Positions 18,809 through 28,167 of a stretch of 64,000 nt of DNA are shown one piece after another. The translations under genes and the position numbers were made by a program. The stretch is from Escherichia coli (GTDB lineage: Bacteria > Pseudomonadota > Gammaproteobacteria > Enterobacterales > Enterobacteriaceae): NCBI GenBank assembly GCA_023061495.1, contig GCA_023061495.1_3643.1. The stretch is one strand, 5' to 3'. Within the stretch, counting starts at the first letter, position 1, and the number at the start of each line of letters is the position of its first letter. The notes beneath the pieces were generated by a model. That model was not told the DNA's origin. It searched no databases and worked only from the letters and a program-made list of their open reading frames with translations.

Positions 18809-19402
18809 TCAAATACCTTCTAAAAACTTCCCTATTTTATACCAGCTGTTAGCGGTATAGTCAACACTAACCTTCAACTCCTCGAATTGTTCATAAGGAG
18901 TGTCTTTTAAGATTTTAATAACTTCAGGGCGTGAAGCGAATTGGTTCAGGTATTCATGCCTGTCGTCAATTATAACATCTACAGCCACATTACCTTTGAA
19001 ATGTGTGGCGTAGAAGCCGTGACCCTGGGTGTGATCGTCAAGATCCATAAAATCGCTGGTCCAACGCTTTAAGAACCTTGATTTAGATGCAAGGTGACCT
19101 TTCTTGCATACAGAGATAAACGCAAGCTTGTGACCACGAGCCACCAAATCTTTCATAACCTCAATAGCCCCCTCTTCAGGCTTAAGAAAGTCGTAGAGGA
19201 ACGGGTCACTCCAGAAATCAAAAGGCCCTATGATGTTTTCTTTGGGGCGATCAGGCCAATACTTTGACAGATCGTAATACATCAGTCCGTTAGAAGGTTT
19301 AGCGACTGTCTTGCTGGCTGGACCATATAAACGCTCTAGCCACTCCCACCATGCTGTTCCTGAGTCTACCAGTGTTAAATCTACATCAATTCCGATCAGC
19401 AT
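18809..19402 (-). CDS. HAD-family 5'(3')-deoxyribonucleotidase-like phosphatase
   Basis: HAD motif I DVDLT at N-terminus (MLIGIDVDLTLVD). Confidence 0.6.
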   Translation of the reverse strand: MLIGIDVDLTLVDSGTAWWEWLERLYGPASKTVAKPSNGLMYYDLSKYWPDRPKENIIGPFDFWSDPFLYDFLKPEEGAIEVMKDLVARGHKLAFISVCKKGHLASKSRFLKRWTSDFMDLDDHTQGHGFYATHFKGNVAVDVIIDDRHEYLNQFASRPEVIKILKDTPYEQFEELKVSVDYTANSWYKIGKFLEGI

Positions 19403-19407
19403 TGTTC

Positions 19408-20010
19408 TCAGCCCTCTTTAGCATCAATATACTTGCACACAATCTCAGATGCGCACTCCCAAGGAGCTCCCTCGGGGTTAACAACATCAAACTCAATACC
19501 TTTTATCCCGTTCTTCTCTAGGCTAAGGTAAGTTCTGGAATCATTTCCCCAATCATATCCTGCACGGTGGATACGGAACAGTAGAAGATCGCCACCTGTG
19601 ATGGATGCGTACTCGCCAAGGCATGCCAGCTCCTCTTTGAAGCCACCATCGGAGTAAACAACAACCCCTTTACCTTCAGGGAAATCTTTCTTCAAGGATG
19701 CGACTGCGGCCTTACCGAAAGCATCTTCACCAAAGATAGGTTTGATCAGATTTTCACTACAATGGATCATCCATTCTCGCGGAGAAACATGCTTGCCGTC
19801 TATCATTAAGAACGGGCACGGTTCTTCTTTGTAGCGGCGATCATAGAGTGCATTCCACAACTGTGGTGAAATACCAGCTGCCTTAATTGCCACACTGAAT
19901 AGCATTTCCTTTACCTCGCGGTGATGCGAGTTTGGAATGGCTTCCAACAAAAGATCTGCGATATGGTCTTTTCCAGAACTTGGTGGAGCATTAAGAACAA
20001 TAATATCCAT
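19408..20010 (-). CDS. P-loop nucleotide kinase (dNMP kinase-like)
   Basis: N-terminal P-loop LNAPPSSGKD; small kinase size; nucleotide-metabolism neighbourhood. Confidence 0.5.
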   Translation of the reverse strand: MDIIVLNAPPSSGKDHIADLLLEAIPNSHHREVKEMLFSVAIKAAGISPQLWNALYDRRYKEEPCPFLMIDGKHVSPREWMIHCSENLIKPIFGEDAFGKAAVASLKKDFPEGKGVVVYSDGGFKEELACLGEYASITGGDLLLFRIHRAGYDWGNDSRTYLSLEKNGIKGIEFDVVNPEGAPWECASEIVCKYIDAKEG

Positions 20011-20213
20011 TAAAAACCTCCGTGGTATTCTTCAACTGCATCAATAATACTTTTACACTTATCTACCAGTTCGTTAGCTACTACGGCATCGTCTTCCCAA
20101 ACAGCCTCCTCAATCTGATCAAGCAATGATCGCATCTTATTCATCATTTCTGGGATAAAGCTTTCTGAAAAGCTGTCTGGAATTGTTAACTCTGGTGTCA
20201 TTGCGGTCTCCAA
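20010..20213 (-). CDS. hypothetical small acidic protein
   Basis: 67-aa ORF. Confidence 0.4.
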   Translation of the reverse strand: METAMTPELTIPDSFSESFIPEMMNKMRSLLDQIEEAVWEDDAVVANELVDKCKSIIDAVEEYHGGF

Positions 20214-20228
20214 TCATACTGCACGTTA

Positions 20229-20687
20229 TTAGAAGTTTGTTTTTACACGTCCCTTTTCATCTACTTCGTTGTTAGCTAAAAGCGTTACAAAGTCTGTAAA
20301 ACGAACATGAAGAACTCTTTTCTTATCCAGGTATCCCAAAGCCACGCCTGAGAAATTTAGCATCAAAGGGGCCAAAGAAGCTCTAGCACTGAGATGCTGC
20401 TGCTCCACTCTTCCAACACCCTTAGTATAAGAAGGGTTGAGATTGTAAGTTCTGAATCCAAGTTTTGTTGGAGCTTTAGAATTAAAAACAACTTTATAAC
20501 GTTTCTTACTCAGCTTATGTTCCAGAATAAGCATTCCCTTTTCGCCCCGGATAAGCTGAAAATCTGTAAAATGCTCTTTTAAGACAAAAGGTAGTGCCAG
20601 CCCCATAGCCTGCCCCCTTTGCACGGCTGTCTCACCAAAAGCTTTTGCATCAGTAAGCTCTTTAGTCAAGTCTATACTTTTGATCAT
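20229..20687 (-). CDS. hypothetical protein
   Basis: 152-aa ORF. Confidence 0.45.
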   Translation of the reverse strand: MIKSIDLTKELTDAKAFGETAVQRGQAMGLALPFVLKEHFTDFQLIRGEKGMLILEHKLSKKRYKVVFNSKAPTKLGFRTYNLNPSYTKGVGRVEQQHLSARASLAPLMLNFSGVALGYLDKKRVLHVRFTDFVTLLANNEVDEKGRVKTNF

Positions 20688-21468
20688 ACCTAGTCTCCAA
20701 AATGTATTGTAGTTCTTTCTTGCCTATACTCTTCATTCCAGCAGTCTTACCTGCTTCTTCTTGAAAAGAAGAATAGCATTCAGCAAACACTCTGTCAACA
20801 CCATCAACTAAAGATTTTATGAAATATGTTGATTCTTCAGATTTTGGGTCATCATCTCCCAATACTTTTCCAGCATTATATCCAACACGTCTTATGCAGA
20901 AGTCGTAGTCATCCGGTGTGCTAAAAGAAAATAGCTTATTCTCTCCAATCTCTACAGGATCCCTATTGCACACCTTTTTCTCCCAAATTTGGAAAACACA
21001 TGGCACGTCATAAGGTTTGTCGTTAAGTAAAAACGAGTTCTTGGGGCACCTTTCGCTGTAGATAAGGTGCATTGACATGTCCAGCTTGTTTGCAAAAAAT
21101 ATTTTTTCAAATGTCCGTGGCAAGATGAAGGCTATAGCCCCGCCAGGCTCTAGCAATGATGCACAGTGGTTAAAGAACTTGCAAGCTAAAGACGAATTTT
21201 TGCCGAATGGAGGATTACCTATGAAGACATCAGCCTTAGGGTACACCTCTAAGAAGTTTGCCTTAATACACGGTGTTGGGCCTTCAAACTCAGGATCTGG
21301 TACCAAATCGTACGACAGTATCTCTGAAAATAGTTTTGAAAAAGAACCTTTTCCAGCAGAAGGCTCAACGTATGCACAATTCCCATACCTACCTTTTACT
21401 TTACCAACAAGATATTCTGCATACTCAGGGTCTGTGTAATATTTGTCGTTGGACTCTTTCTTGCTCAA
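20662..21468 (-). CDS. DNA N6-adenine methyltransferase
   Basis: motif I VEPSAGKGSF and motif IV NPPF (FIGNPPFGKN); start moved to TTG at 21468 with GGAGG RBS, because the ORF-track start lies inside a terminator hairpin. Confidence 0.6.
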   Translation of the reverse strand: MSKKESNDKYYTDPEYAEYLVGKVKGRYGNCAYVEPSAGKGSFSKLFSEILSYDLVPDPEFEGPTPCIKANFLEVYPKADVFIGNPPFGKNSSLACKFFNHCASLLEPGGAIAFILPRTFEKIFFANKLDMSMHLIYSERCPKNSFLLNDKPYDVPCVFQIWEKKVCNRDPVEIGENKLFSFSTPDDYDFCIRRVGYNAGKVLGDDDPKSEESTYFIKSLVDGVDRVFAECYSSFQEEAGKTAGMKSIGKKELQYILETRYDQKYRLD

Positions 21469-21479
21469 AGTGCCTCCAA

Positions 21480-21506
21480 AATGAAAAGGGAGGCGCAAGC
21501 CTCCCT
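21480..21506 (-). terminator. rho-independent terminator (GGGAGGC-GCAA-GCCTCCC)
   Basis: 7-bp GC-rich stem, GNRA-type loop, U-tract on minus strand; directly after exonuclease gene. Confidence 0.5.
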
Positions 21507-21513
21507 CTACTTG

Positions 21514-22497
21514 TCAGATTATCTGAATCAGGGTGTTTTTCATCTCTTCTCGGGTACGGATGTTGTTACGATCACGAACAACAGATCCACAACCTTCGCA
21601 GCGGTAGGTTTTAAATGCACTCAGCTGAGTATACGCCAAAGCCTCTTCCTCGTGAAGGTGTTCTCCACCACAACGTGGGCAACGAACTTTTGACTCCTCA
21701 TCTTGGTAGTACAACGACATGTTGGGGTGCTGCTTAGCAAACGGACGCGCCAGCAAATATAGGCCTTCCAGAGACAAGATGTCCCCAACATTATACTCCC
21801 GCATCTGTTTAAACGCCTCAAGATCACCATGAACACACTTGATCCACATTTCAAATGTGTGGTCAATTAGTTTCTGTCGGGCCAGTTGGAAGTATTTACA
21901 TGCATACTCTAACGTGTTTGCATTCAAACGGAATGCCTTTTTAATCATCTTGAGGGTGTCAACCTCTTTGTATGGGCTTGTTGGCGGCAAACCGTGAAAT
22001 GCAAATCGTTGGTTGGCCCACCCACAGTCAAAACCAGAGTTGTGTGCTACTGCTACATCACATTTATCCAGATAATACCACAAATCTTGAATCAGCTCAA
22101 GATCGTTGTGGATATCCTCGCCCCACATTTTGTAATCAGGAAGAGCACAGTCAACCACACTGGGGCTGTCTAACCATTTACCTGCGAAAGTTAGCATATA
22201 GGGCATAATTTCAATACCGCAGGTTTGAATGTTGGTCTTATAATGCCCAAAGAACCAGCCGTTTGTTGGGGATGTCTCTGTATCATACACCCAAACTTTA
22301 GCACCTTTGTGTTCTTCAAGGAAGCGCTCCGTTGCCTCTCCTACAATCTCTGACATATTCTCTTGTGCACGTTTAAGCTGTAGCCGGATCCAGCTCTCAC
22401 GTGACTCACGACCTAGAAATTCACGAGCAATTTGTCTATTGGTGTATCCCTGTTGCTTTAGTGTTAAAATTTGCTCAAGAGTTAACTTTGTCATCAT
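21514..22497 (-). CDS. DnaQ-like 3'-5' exonuclease
   Basis: DEDD-type motifs VYDTETS, HNSGFDCGW, YNVGD; C-terminal Zn ribbon CPRCG...CEGCG. Confidence 0.65.
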   Translation of the reverse strand: MMTKLTLEQILTLKQQGYTNRQIAREFLGRESRESWIRLQLKRAQENMSEIVGEATERFLEEHKGAKVWVYDTETSPTNGWFFGHYKTNIQTCGIEIMPYMLTFAGKWLDSPSVVDCALPDYKMWGEDIHNDLELIQDLWYYLDKCDVAVAHNSGFDCGWANQRFAFHGLPPTSPYKEVDTLKMIKKAFRLNANTLEYACKYFQLARQKLIDHTFEMWIKCVHGDLEAFKQMREYNVGDILSLEGLYLLARPFAKQHPNMSLYYQDEESKVRCPRCGGEHLHEEEALAYTQLSAFKTYRCEGCGSVVRDRNNIRTREEMKNTLIQII

Positions 22498-22509
22498 CGT
22501 TAAGATTCC

Positions 22510-22731
22510 TTAGTAAAACTGAAGAATGTCTTTTAAAGCGAAGTCACGATATTCGCCCTTGTCTACATCAAATGCATGCATCAACCACTGATCTTCTTTA
22601 TGATAATCTGTAGAGCCAAACCATAAACTAGGCTCAGTAACGCAGCGATCTGCAACAACACCTTTCCAGTTACGGTATTTCATCCTGATCAGAACTGAAT
22701 CACAAGGATTGAATACCTTTTTCGTCTCCAT
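22510..22731 (-). CDS. hypothetical small protein
   Basis: 73-aa ORF. Confidence 0.4.
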   Translation of the reverse strand: METKKVFNPCDSVLIRMKYRNWKGVVADRCVTEPSLWFGSTDYHKEDQWLMHAFDVDKGEYRDFALKDILQFY

Positions 22732-23275
22732 AGAAATCTCTCTCCTCAGTTTTCTTTATAAACTCCTGCATGTAGGCCTCAATAGCCTCATGCTTGGTGT
22801 ACTCTGAATTAATGACAAGATCGAGATCCGATTCTGCCCGTGCAATAATCGTAGCTTTAGAGCATCTCCTCAAGAACTTTGTCATATCGTCCCTGTAGTT
22901 TTTGTGGAGCGGGAAGTCGCTGTAGTCTTTCTCCAGATAGTCAGCCATCCGGCGCAACGCCTCTGATAAACTGCAATCTGTGTACTCGTTACAGTATTTC
23001 ATCCAGTATTTAAGCACATACCCCTCGAAGGTATTAGTGCATTGGGACAAAACACCCCTGCAACGACCAGTTAGATGATCATGATCTAAACAAGGCTTAC
23101 GAAGTGGTTCACACAAGATCGGATCAAGACCATCCTGCTCTTCTGACAATTCTTTTCGAAAGTTGGCTATGTCCTTAGAATCTTTTAGCCACCCGCTATG
23201 AACGGGGGCCTTGACAGCTTTCTTTCTTATTTTACGCTTTGCGATAATCCCTCCAGATGCGCCCTGCCTATCCAA
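22700..23275 (-). CDS. endonuclease VII-like junction-resolving enzyme
   Basis: CLDHDHLTGRCRGVLSQCTNTFEG closely matches the recalled T4 endonuclease VII (gp49) core ...HLDHDH...GKVRGLLCNLCNAAEG. Confidence 0.65.
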   Translation of the reverse strand: MDRQGASGGIIAKRKIRKKAVKAPVHSGWLKDSKDIANFRKELSEEQDGLDPILCEPLRKPCLDHDHLTGRCRGVLSQCTNTFEGYVLKYWMKYCNEYTDCSLSEALRRMADYLEKDYSDFPLHKNYRDDMTKFLRRCSKATIIARAESDLDLVINSEYTKHEAIEAYMQEFIKKTEERDFYGDEKGIQSL

Positions 23276-23856
23276 TAAGCATCTGCGAGATCGGCCTTAC
23301 CTTGTACCAAATTGATCCCATCTAGGAACCCAGGTTCAGATACTTCGCAGGCCTTAACCATCAACTTTTTATCCATTGTAACAGGTTTCTTCACAGCATG
23401 CTCTTTACCTGTCTTTTTGTCAAGCTTTTTCTTCTCCTCGAAAGCAAGTTCCTCAGGAAGATGACTACGAGCAAACTTTTTGGCAGTTGTTGGTGTCACT
23501 GTGTGGACCTTAAACAGGCCGTCATTTTCACAATCAGCTAAGGCATCCCAAAGCATAACTTCAAGACCGTAAAACAACCCAGCCAGTTCACGTGTGGCAT
23601 CACCGCGTGATCCAAAGGAAAGCCCTTCCATAACTACGGTGTCAACGCCGTGCGTGTGGATATAATATCTGACCTGTTTGCAGATCCAGTCAATACGCTC
23701 AGCAGCTGTTGCAAAAGAAACCGTCCCTGGTTTCTTCTCTTTTGCAGATGAGCTTTGAGTTCGTAACACAACCTTATGAACAGGCTTTCCATCGTCCCAT
23801 ACAACGCAAGCTGTGTGTGTCAACGACTGGTCTATGGATAATAGACGCTCTCTCAT
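23227..23856 (-). CDS. RuvC-like nuclease (possible resolvase)
   Basis: N-terminal LSIDQSLTHTACVV (Asp), later VMEGLSFG (Glu) and DLADAYWIG (Asp) in RuvC-like order. Confidence 0.45.
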   Translation of the reverse strand: MRERLLSIDQSLTHTACVVWDDGKPVHKVVLRTQSSSAKEKKPGTVSFATAAERIDWICKQVRYYIHTHGVDTVVMEGLSFGSRGDATRELAGLFYGLEVMLWDALADCENDGLFKVHTVTPTTAKKFARSHLPEELAFEEKKKLDKKTGKEHAVKKPVTMDKKLMVKACEVSEPGFLDGINLVQGKADLADAYWIGRAHLEGLSQSVK

Positions 23857-24188
23857 GCTTCCTCATCCTCCTCTCCTTCATCAGGAGCATAAGCCTTATC
23901 TTTGAACAAGACGAGAGAGCAAAGCTTAACATCTGTTTCCACACTGGTGAACATGCATAACCGCTCGCCCTCAATCAGCTCACAATCCTCTTTTAAAACA
24001 GCAGACCATACACGGTCATCTGCGTAATCATCCGTGTACAGGATGTATGAAATGGTGTCATCTTCATACAACCGCCACATACCTGTGGCAACAACGAATG
24101 TGTTTTTTGTTTTAAGTGTCCCTGTTGTATGATCATCCTCAAAAACAGCTTCCATAATTGCGTTATCTACAGCATTTTTAGTCATCAA
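23853..24188 (-). CDS. hypothetical protein
   Basis: 111-aa ORF with acidic C-terminus. Confidence 0.45.
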   Translation of the reverse strand: MMTKNAVDNAIMEAVFEDDHTTGTLKTKNTFVVATGMWRLYEDDTISYILYTDDYADDRVWSAVLKEDCELIEGERLCMFTSVETDVKLCSLVLFKDKAYAPDEGEEDEEA

Positions 24189-25324
24189 ATTGCTCCAACA
24201 TTTCTAAGAACGTTAACAAGTTTTGTTTGATCATTGAATGTTCGCTTCATATACAAACAGTCAAAAATTATACTCATCCATTGACCTACGGAAATTCTGC
24301 GATCAATACCATTGAAGTCAGTATACTTAACAACACCTTTCGGGAACCACTTCTTGTACTGATCAATAATAGCCACCCACATCTCCTTTGGAGTGCTGCA
24401 CTGAGACAGTAGGTAGAATGCTGAGGCATCCCCGAACTTACCCTTACCGATAAGTCCTTGATACGGCTTGATATTGTCAGCAGAGTCACCACACAGCATT
24501 TGGTATCCGAAGAACAGCATCCCGTAACCACCAACCTCTCCATTAGGCTTCATGAAGATGTTCCCCATACCGTTATCGATCAGCATAGGGGTTTCCCTTA
24601 CAAAATCTCCCTTATCGTTTCGCATGGGATCGAACACAAGCCCCGGTAGTGTTCTTTGGTCCTTATCAATAGAGATAATAAACTTGTTGAACTTACCTGT
24701 TTTTTGGTAGTGGTTCCAACCTTCAAATTGCTGGATAGCTAACCAGTCGTCAGCCTCGATACCGTTGATCACTTGAGCATTATACTGCTTTTGGAGATAC
24801 TGTCTTGCATCTCCAAGCAGCAGTGGTCGAAGAGTATTGTTACGGTTGGCTTTATATCTTTCCGGCATGGGAAGATCTAGTCTGAAATTACCTGTTCCTC
24901 CAAGCACTCCTACGCACCGATCTTCAGGAATACCAAGATAGTTAAGGACTGCATTAGCTTTACACTTAATTGTGTGCAAGCAGTTCTCTACAGGATCAGG
25001 GGTTTGGATATCCAAGACATCGAAATCTTCGCGTGTCCACGGAATAAACTCCTTGCCAGCTTTTTTACATGCAGCTTCACGGTTGGTGTTCTCAGCCTTT
25101 AACCAACCGCCAACTGCGTTCTTCTGCCTCCCCCAAAACTCTGTTCGTGTTTTGAACACCTTCTTACGTCCGGAGGCTTTATGTGTTACCTCAATTGTCC
25201 TTTTTTCACAACTTGCTGCAGCTTGATATGCAACCTGATCGAAGTCATAATAGACTATAGCGTCAGGTTCAAGAAGATCGGCAAGACAATCTATGGACTC
25301 AATAAGTGGATATTCTCTACTCAA
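24185..25324 (-). CDS. 5'-3' exonuclease / flap endonuclease
   Basis: 5'-nuclease motifs IEADDWLA and GDSADNIKP (H3TH-type). Confidence 0.7.
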   Translation of the reverse strand: MSREYPLIESIDCLADLLEPDAIVYYDFDQVAYQAAASCEKRTIEVTHKASGRKKVFKTRTEFWGRQKNAVGGWLKAENTNREAACKKAGKEFIPWTREDFDVLDIQTPDPVENCLHTIKCKANAVLNYLGIPEDRCVGVLGGTGNFRLDLPMPERYKANRNNTLRPLLLGDARQYLQKQYNAQVINGIEADDWLAIQQFEGWNHYQKTGKFNKFIISIDKDQRTLPGLVFDPMRNDKGDFVRETPMLIDNGMGNIFMKPNGEVGGYGMLFFGYQMLCGDSADNIKPYQGLIGKGKFGDASAFYLLSQCSTPKEMWVAIIDQYKKWFPKGVVKYTDFNGIDRRISVGQWMSIIFDCLYMKRTFNDQTKLVNVLRNVGAI

Positions 25325-25625
25325 AGACCCTCCTGTTAGTTATTCTGCAAGATGGTTGGATGCTGTAATGGAATGCATCCTCACTTTCTGCAATAAGTGA
25401 CTCAACATCCCAATACTTTTCAAAAAGGAACGGATTGGAACCCCAATGATGAGTTATTTTCATCAAGGAGTCTGGTATCAGATAACCAGAGATCTTAATT
25501 ACATCGCCAGGTTGAATTGTGTTTTCATGAAGGTTGCTTGCCTTCTTCAGGATCATACCTTTATGATTCTCGTTTGCATACAACTGGACAATATCTTTAT
25601 CTTCAACAATAAAAATTTTAAGCAT
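25317..25625 (-). CDS. hypothetical protein
   Basis: 102-aa ORF. Confidence 0.4.
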   Translation of the reverse strand: MLKIFIVEDKDIVQLYANENHKGMILKKASNLHENTIQPGDVIKISGYLIPDSLMKITHHWGSNPFLFEKYWDVESLIAESEDAFHYSIQPSCRITNRRVFE

Positions 25626-25684
25626 ATCTAGTTCTCCTAGTTTATAAATACCTGAACGATAATATCAGATTAATAACACTTTTG

Positions 25685-25978
25685 TCAAGACTTTTTAGTC
25701 TTCCTTGGGGAGCTTTTTGTTGATTTTTTCCTTTTGTGGTAGATTCCAAGTGCAGCGTTTTCTTGGGCGCACGTTTTAACAGTTCTCAGACAAGAACTTT
25801 CAGCTTTAGGCAGGTTTAACTCCCACCAACCAAGCCAGTAAAGTTCTGATTCAGACAACTGCTCAGATTCAGCCTTCCGATACAATGATTGCATACCCCT
25901 AATAATATCGTCCAGAGGTGTATCGAATACAAAAGCTGTCTTATCAAATTTCTCTTTTACAGGTTTCTTAGCCATCAA
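25685..25978 (-). CDS. hypothetical basic protein
   Basis: 97-aa ORF, Lys-rich C-terminus. Confidence 0.4.
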   Translation of the reverse strand: MMAKKPVKEKFDKTAFVFDTPLDDIIRGMQSLYRKAESEQLSESELYWLGWWELNLPKAESSCLRTVKTCAQENAALGIYHKRKKSTKSSPRKTKKS

Positions 25979-26432
25979 GGTAACCCTCTATCCACGAAAA
26001 GTCGGTCTTCCATTCCGGAACTTTACTAAGCTCCCGCCACTCTGCAAAGCAGTCTCGGTAATAAGCTTCAGCCATGCCCTTAGTGATCTTATTTACCTTA
26101 GCCAACTGATTAACTGCCTGAGCATATTTCCCACGGATATTTGCTAACCCAGGATGCACCGATGTGTGACAATCTGGGCACAGGGCTATCAGTCCGACAA
26201 GCCGGATCACCCCCTCTTCGAAGGTGTAAAGTTCATGACACTCCACAGGGTGTTTGCTACCTTTGCCACCACACACCTCGCAAGTGTAGTTGGCTTCTCT
26301 GTAGCACTTCTTACGGATCTTATCCCACTCACTCTTCTTCACAGCGTTTCGGAGGTTATTATACCAAGCTGTTTCTGGGATCAGTTGCACAATAAGCCTG
26401 CGTTCAGACTTCATTAAACGTCCGTCTTCCAC
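25968..26432 (-). CDS. HNH-like zinc-finger nuclease (possible homing endonuclease)
   Basis: CEVCGG...HPVECHEL...CPDCH arrangement typical of His-Me finger/HNH proteins. Confidence 0.45.
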   Translation of the reverse strand: MEDGRLMKSERRLIVQLIPETAWYNNLRNAVKKSEWDKIRKKCYREANYTCEVCGGKGSKHPVECHELYTFEEGVIRLVGLIALCPDCHTSVHPGLANIRGKYAQAVNQLAKVNKITKGMAEAYYRDCFAEWRELSKVPEWKTDFSWIEGYLDG

Positions 26433-26441
26433 GTATCCTCC

Positions 26442-26648
26442 TCATTCAAAGAAATGGGTGCGAGGGCAGGAACCTGCCTCACCTTGTTTCACAAGCTCAT
26501 ATAGCTCACCTTGGCTTGTCTCATAAAGGCAAATACGTTTACCATTGTCCCGATATACATCTACAAGGTACGCTGTCTCACCTGCAAACACGACACCACA
26601 GACAAGGCATGCTGCCATGAACAAAATTGCCAACAGAAAATCTTTCAT
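26442..26648 (-). CDS. small secreted or membrane-anchored protein
   Basis: N-terminal signal-like segment LLAILFMAACLVCGVVFA; adjacent to endolysin. Confidence 0.4.
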   Translation of the reverse strand: MKDFLLAILFMAACLVCGVVFAGETAYLVDVYRDNGKRICLYETSQGELYELVKQGEAGSCPRTHFFE

Positions 26649-26679
26649 GGTTAAACCCTACCAAACATTTTATGAGGTG

Positions 26680-26708
26680 ACAATACCACGTCCGTGTGGT
26701 TATGTCAA
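26680..26708 (-). promoter_or_regulatory. possible promoter (TTGACA-N17-TATTGT)
   Basis: minus-strand -35 at 26708..26703; weaker -10 at 26685..26680. Confidence 0.35.
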
Positions 26709-26711
26709 CCA

Positions 26712-27191
26712 TTAATCCAGTACTGTGCCTCCGGCTTTTCGGAAGACGTCCAGCATCTTCTCTATGTTTTCTACACGCTGATCATACAGTTTACCAGCCC
26801 CCGGTGGTGGTGGGAAACTTGCCCAACGGCTACGGCATTTATAGATAGCTGAACGGATCCTTCCTTCATAAATGTCATCAAGGGCTTTACATTCGCGGAT
26901 CAACTGTTTTGCTATGGCATCCTGACTTGCCGGACCAAAATCTCTTAAGCCAAGCTGCTTCATGTAATGCTTAGCGTATTTCTCCAGAATTTGGTATCTG
27001 CCAAATGCTGAAGAGGTAAGGCCCGGTCTTAATTTGACATAAATACCGGGATGCCTGCTGAGATCCTCTATGTATTTTCCACCAACAAGGATGTGGTACG
27101 AAGCATCTTCGCCACCATACCTGTCAGTACCTTCTGAGTGTGAAATCATCGAAAAAAATGCTCTCAATTGTACATTTTTATCTAGCTTCAT
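26712..27191 (-). CDS. endolysin, lambda R-like lytic transglycosylase
   Basis: strong resemblance to recalled lambda R: F.MISHSEGTD, GRYQ, KQLGLRDF, RW/IWASFP.PGAG, AGGTV at C-terminus. Confidence 0.8.
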   Translation of the reverse strand: MKLDKNVQLRAFFSMISHSEGTDRYGGEDASYHILVGGKYIEDLSRHPGIYVKLRPGLTSSAFGRYQILEKYAKHYMKQLGLRDFGPASQDAIAKQLIRECKALDDIYEGRIRSAIYKCRSRWASFPPPPGAGKLYDQRVENIEKMLDVFRKAGGTVLD

Positions 27192-27904
27192 TTAAACCTC
27201 CGATTAAACCACTCTTCCAACGAATCATCATGTTTTGCATATTCTGCGGATTTTCTGACGCATACAGCATCCCACCACTCCGTGTATTGCCCCAAATGAT
27301 ACCTTTTGCTGTTTTCAGCAATCTGAACTTGCCACTTGTCAGTATCGTGTCTCCATTTAACACCTGTACACCCAGATGTGTTATTAAGTTTTAGTATTTT
27401 GCCTTTATAAGTACCTGAAACTAGCTGTTTTCTTGCCTCTACAGCCTCATCTTTGGTCTTAAAGTACCCAGCAAACCTATCTCCTTCGAGGGTGTTATAT
27501 ACTGCATACCATAAACCACATTTCTTATAAACTCCTAAGTTACCGTGCGGGTTATTTTTCGGGAGTAAATTATTTCTTATACGGTCCTTGTTGTTATCAC
27601 TGTAGGTGCCCATAGAAAGATTTTCTATATTATCCTGGCCTTTTATATCATTTAAATGCCTGACAAGAAAGTTTTTTGTTAAAGAGTTATAAAACATGTC
27701 GTAAATAATTCTATGACGCTTCTTATCACCACCTTTATGAGAGTTGATTATAACATACCCTTGTGCATCATTACAACCAGCTTTTGTGCCAGCTTTTATG
27801 AAGAGTTGATTTTTACCTCGGCCTCTATAATGATTCTTTGTCCAAACTAGCTCCCCATCTTTGTACCAAAATGCAAAATTATCATTGAAGAAGAAATTAA
27901 TCAT
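27188..27904 (-). CDS. HNH homing endonuclease with AP2-like DNA-binding domain
   Basis: HNH core GYVIINSHKG...HRIIY...VRHLND; C-terminal AP2-like GVKWRHDTDKWQVQI; N-terminus abuts assembly gap so start may be incomplete. Confidence 0.65.
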   Translation of the reverse strand: MINFFFNDNFAFWYKDGELVWTKNHYRGRGKNQLFIKAGTKAGCNDAQGYVIINSHKGGDKKRHRIIYDMFYNSLTKNFLVRHLNDIKGQDNIENLSMGTYSDNNKDRIRNNLLPKNNPHGNLGVYKKCGLWYAVYNTLEGDRFAGYFKTKDEAVEARKQLVSGTYKGKILKLNNTSGCTGVKWRHDTDKWQVQIAENSKRYHLGQYTEWWDAVCVRKSAEYAKHDDSLEEWFNRRFK

Positions 27905-27914
27905 TTTTTTTTTA

Positions 27915-28011
27915 NNNNNNNNNNNNNNNNNNNNNNNNNNNNNNNNNNNNNNNNNNNNNNNNNNNNNNNNNNNNNNNNNNNNNNNNNNNNNNNNNNNNNN
28001 NNNNNNNNNNN
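27915..28011. other. assembly gap (97 N) flanked by homopolymer T runs
   Basis: literal N run in sequence. Confidence 0.95.
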
Positions 28012-28167
28012 TATTTTTTTTTTACTCTCCAATCTACTTATAGCATATCCGATCAACAACACTGTACAGCATGGTTATATTGCACAGTGCGAATATCAGG
28101 GCATATGCAGGTGCCAATTGAAAACACTCATTCAATTGGCTACCGTTATCTACTAAACATACCTAAA

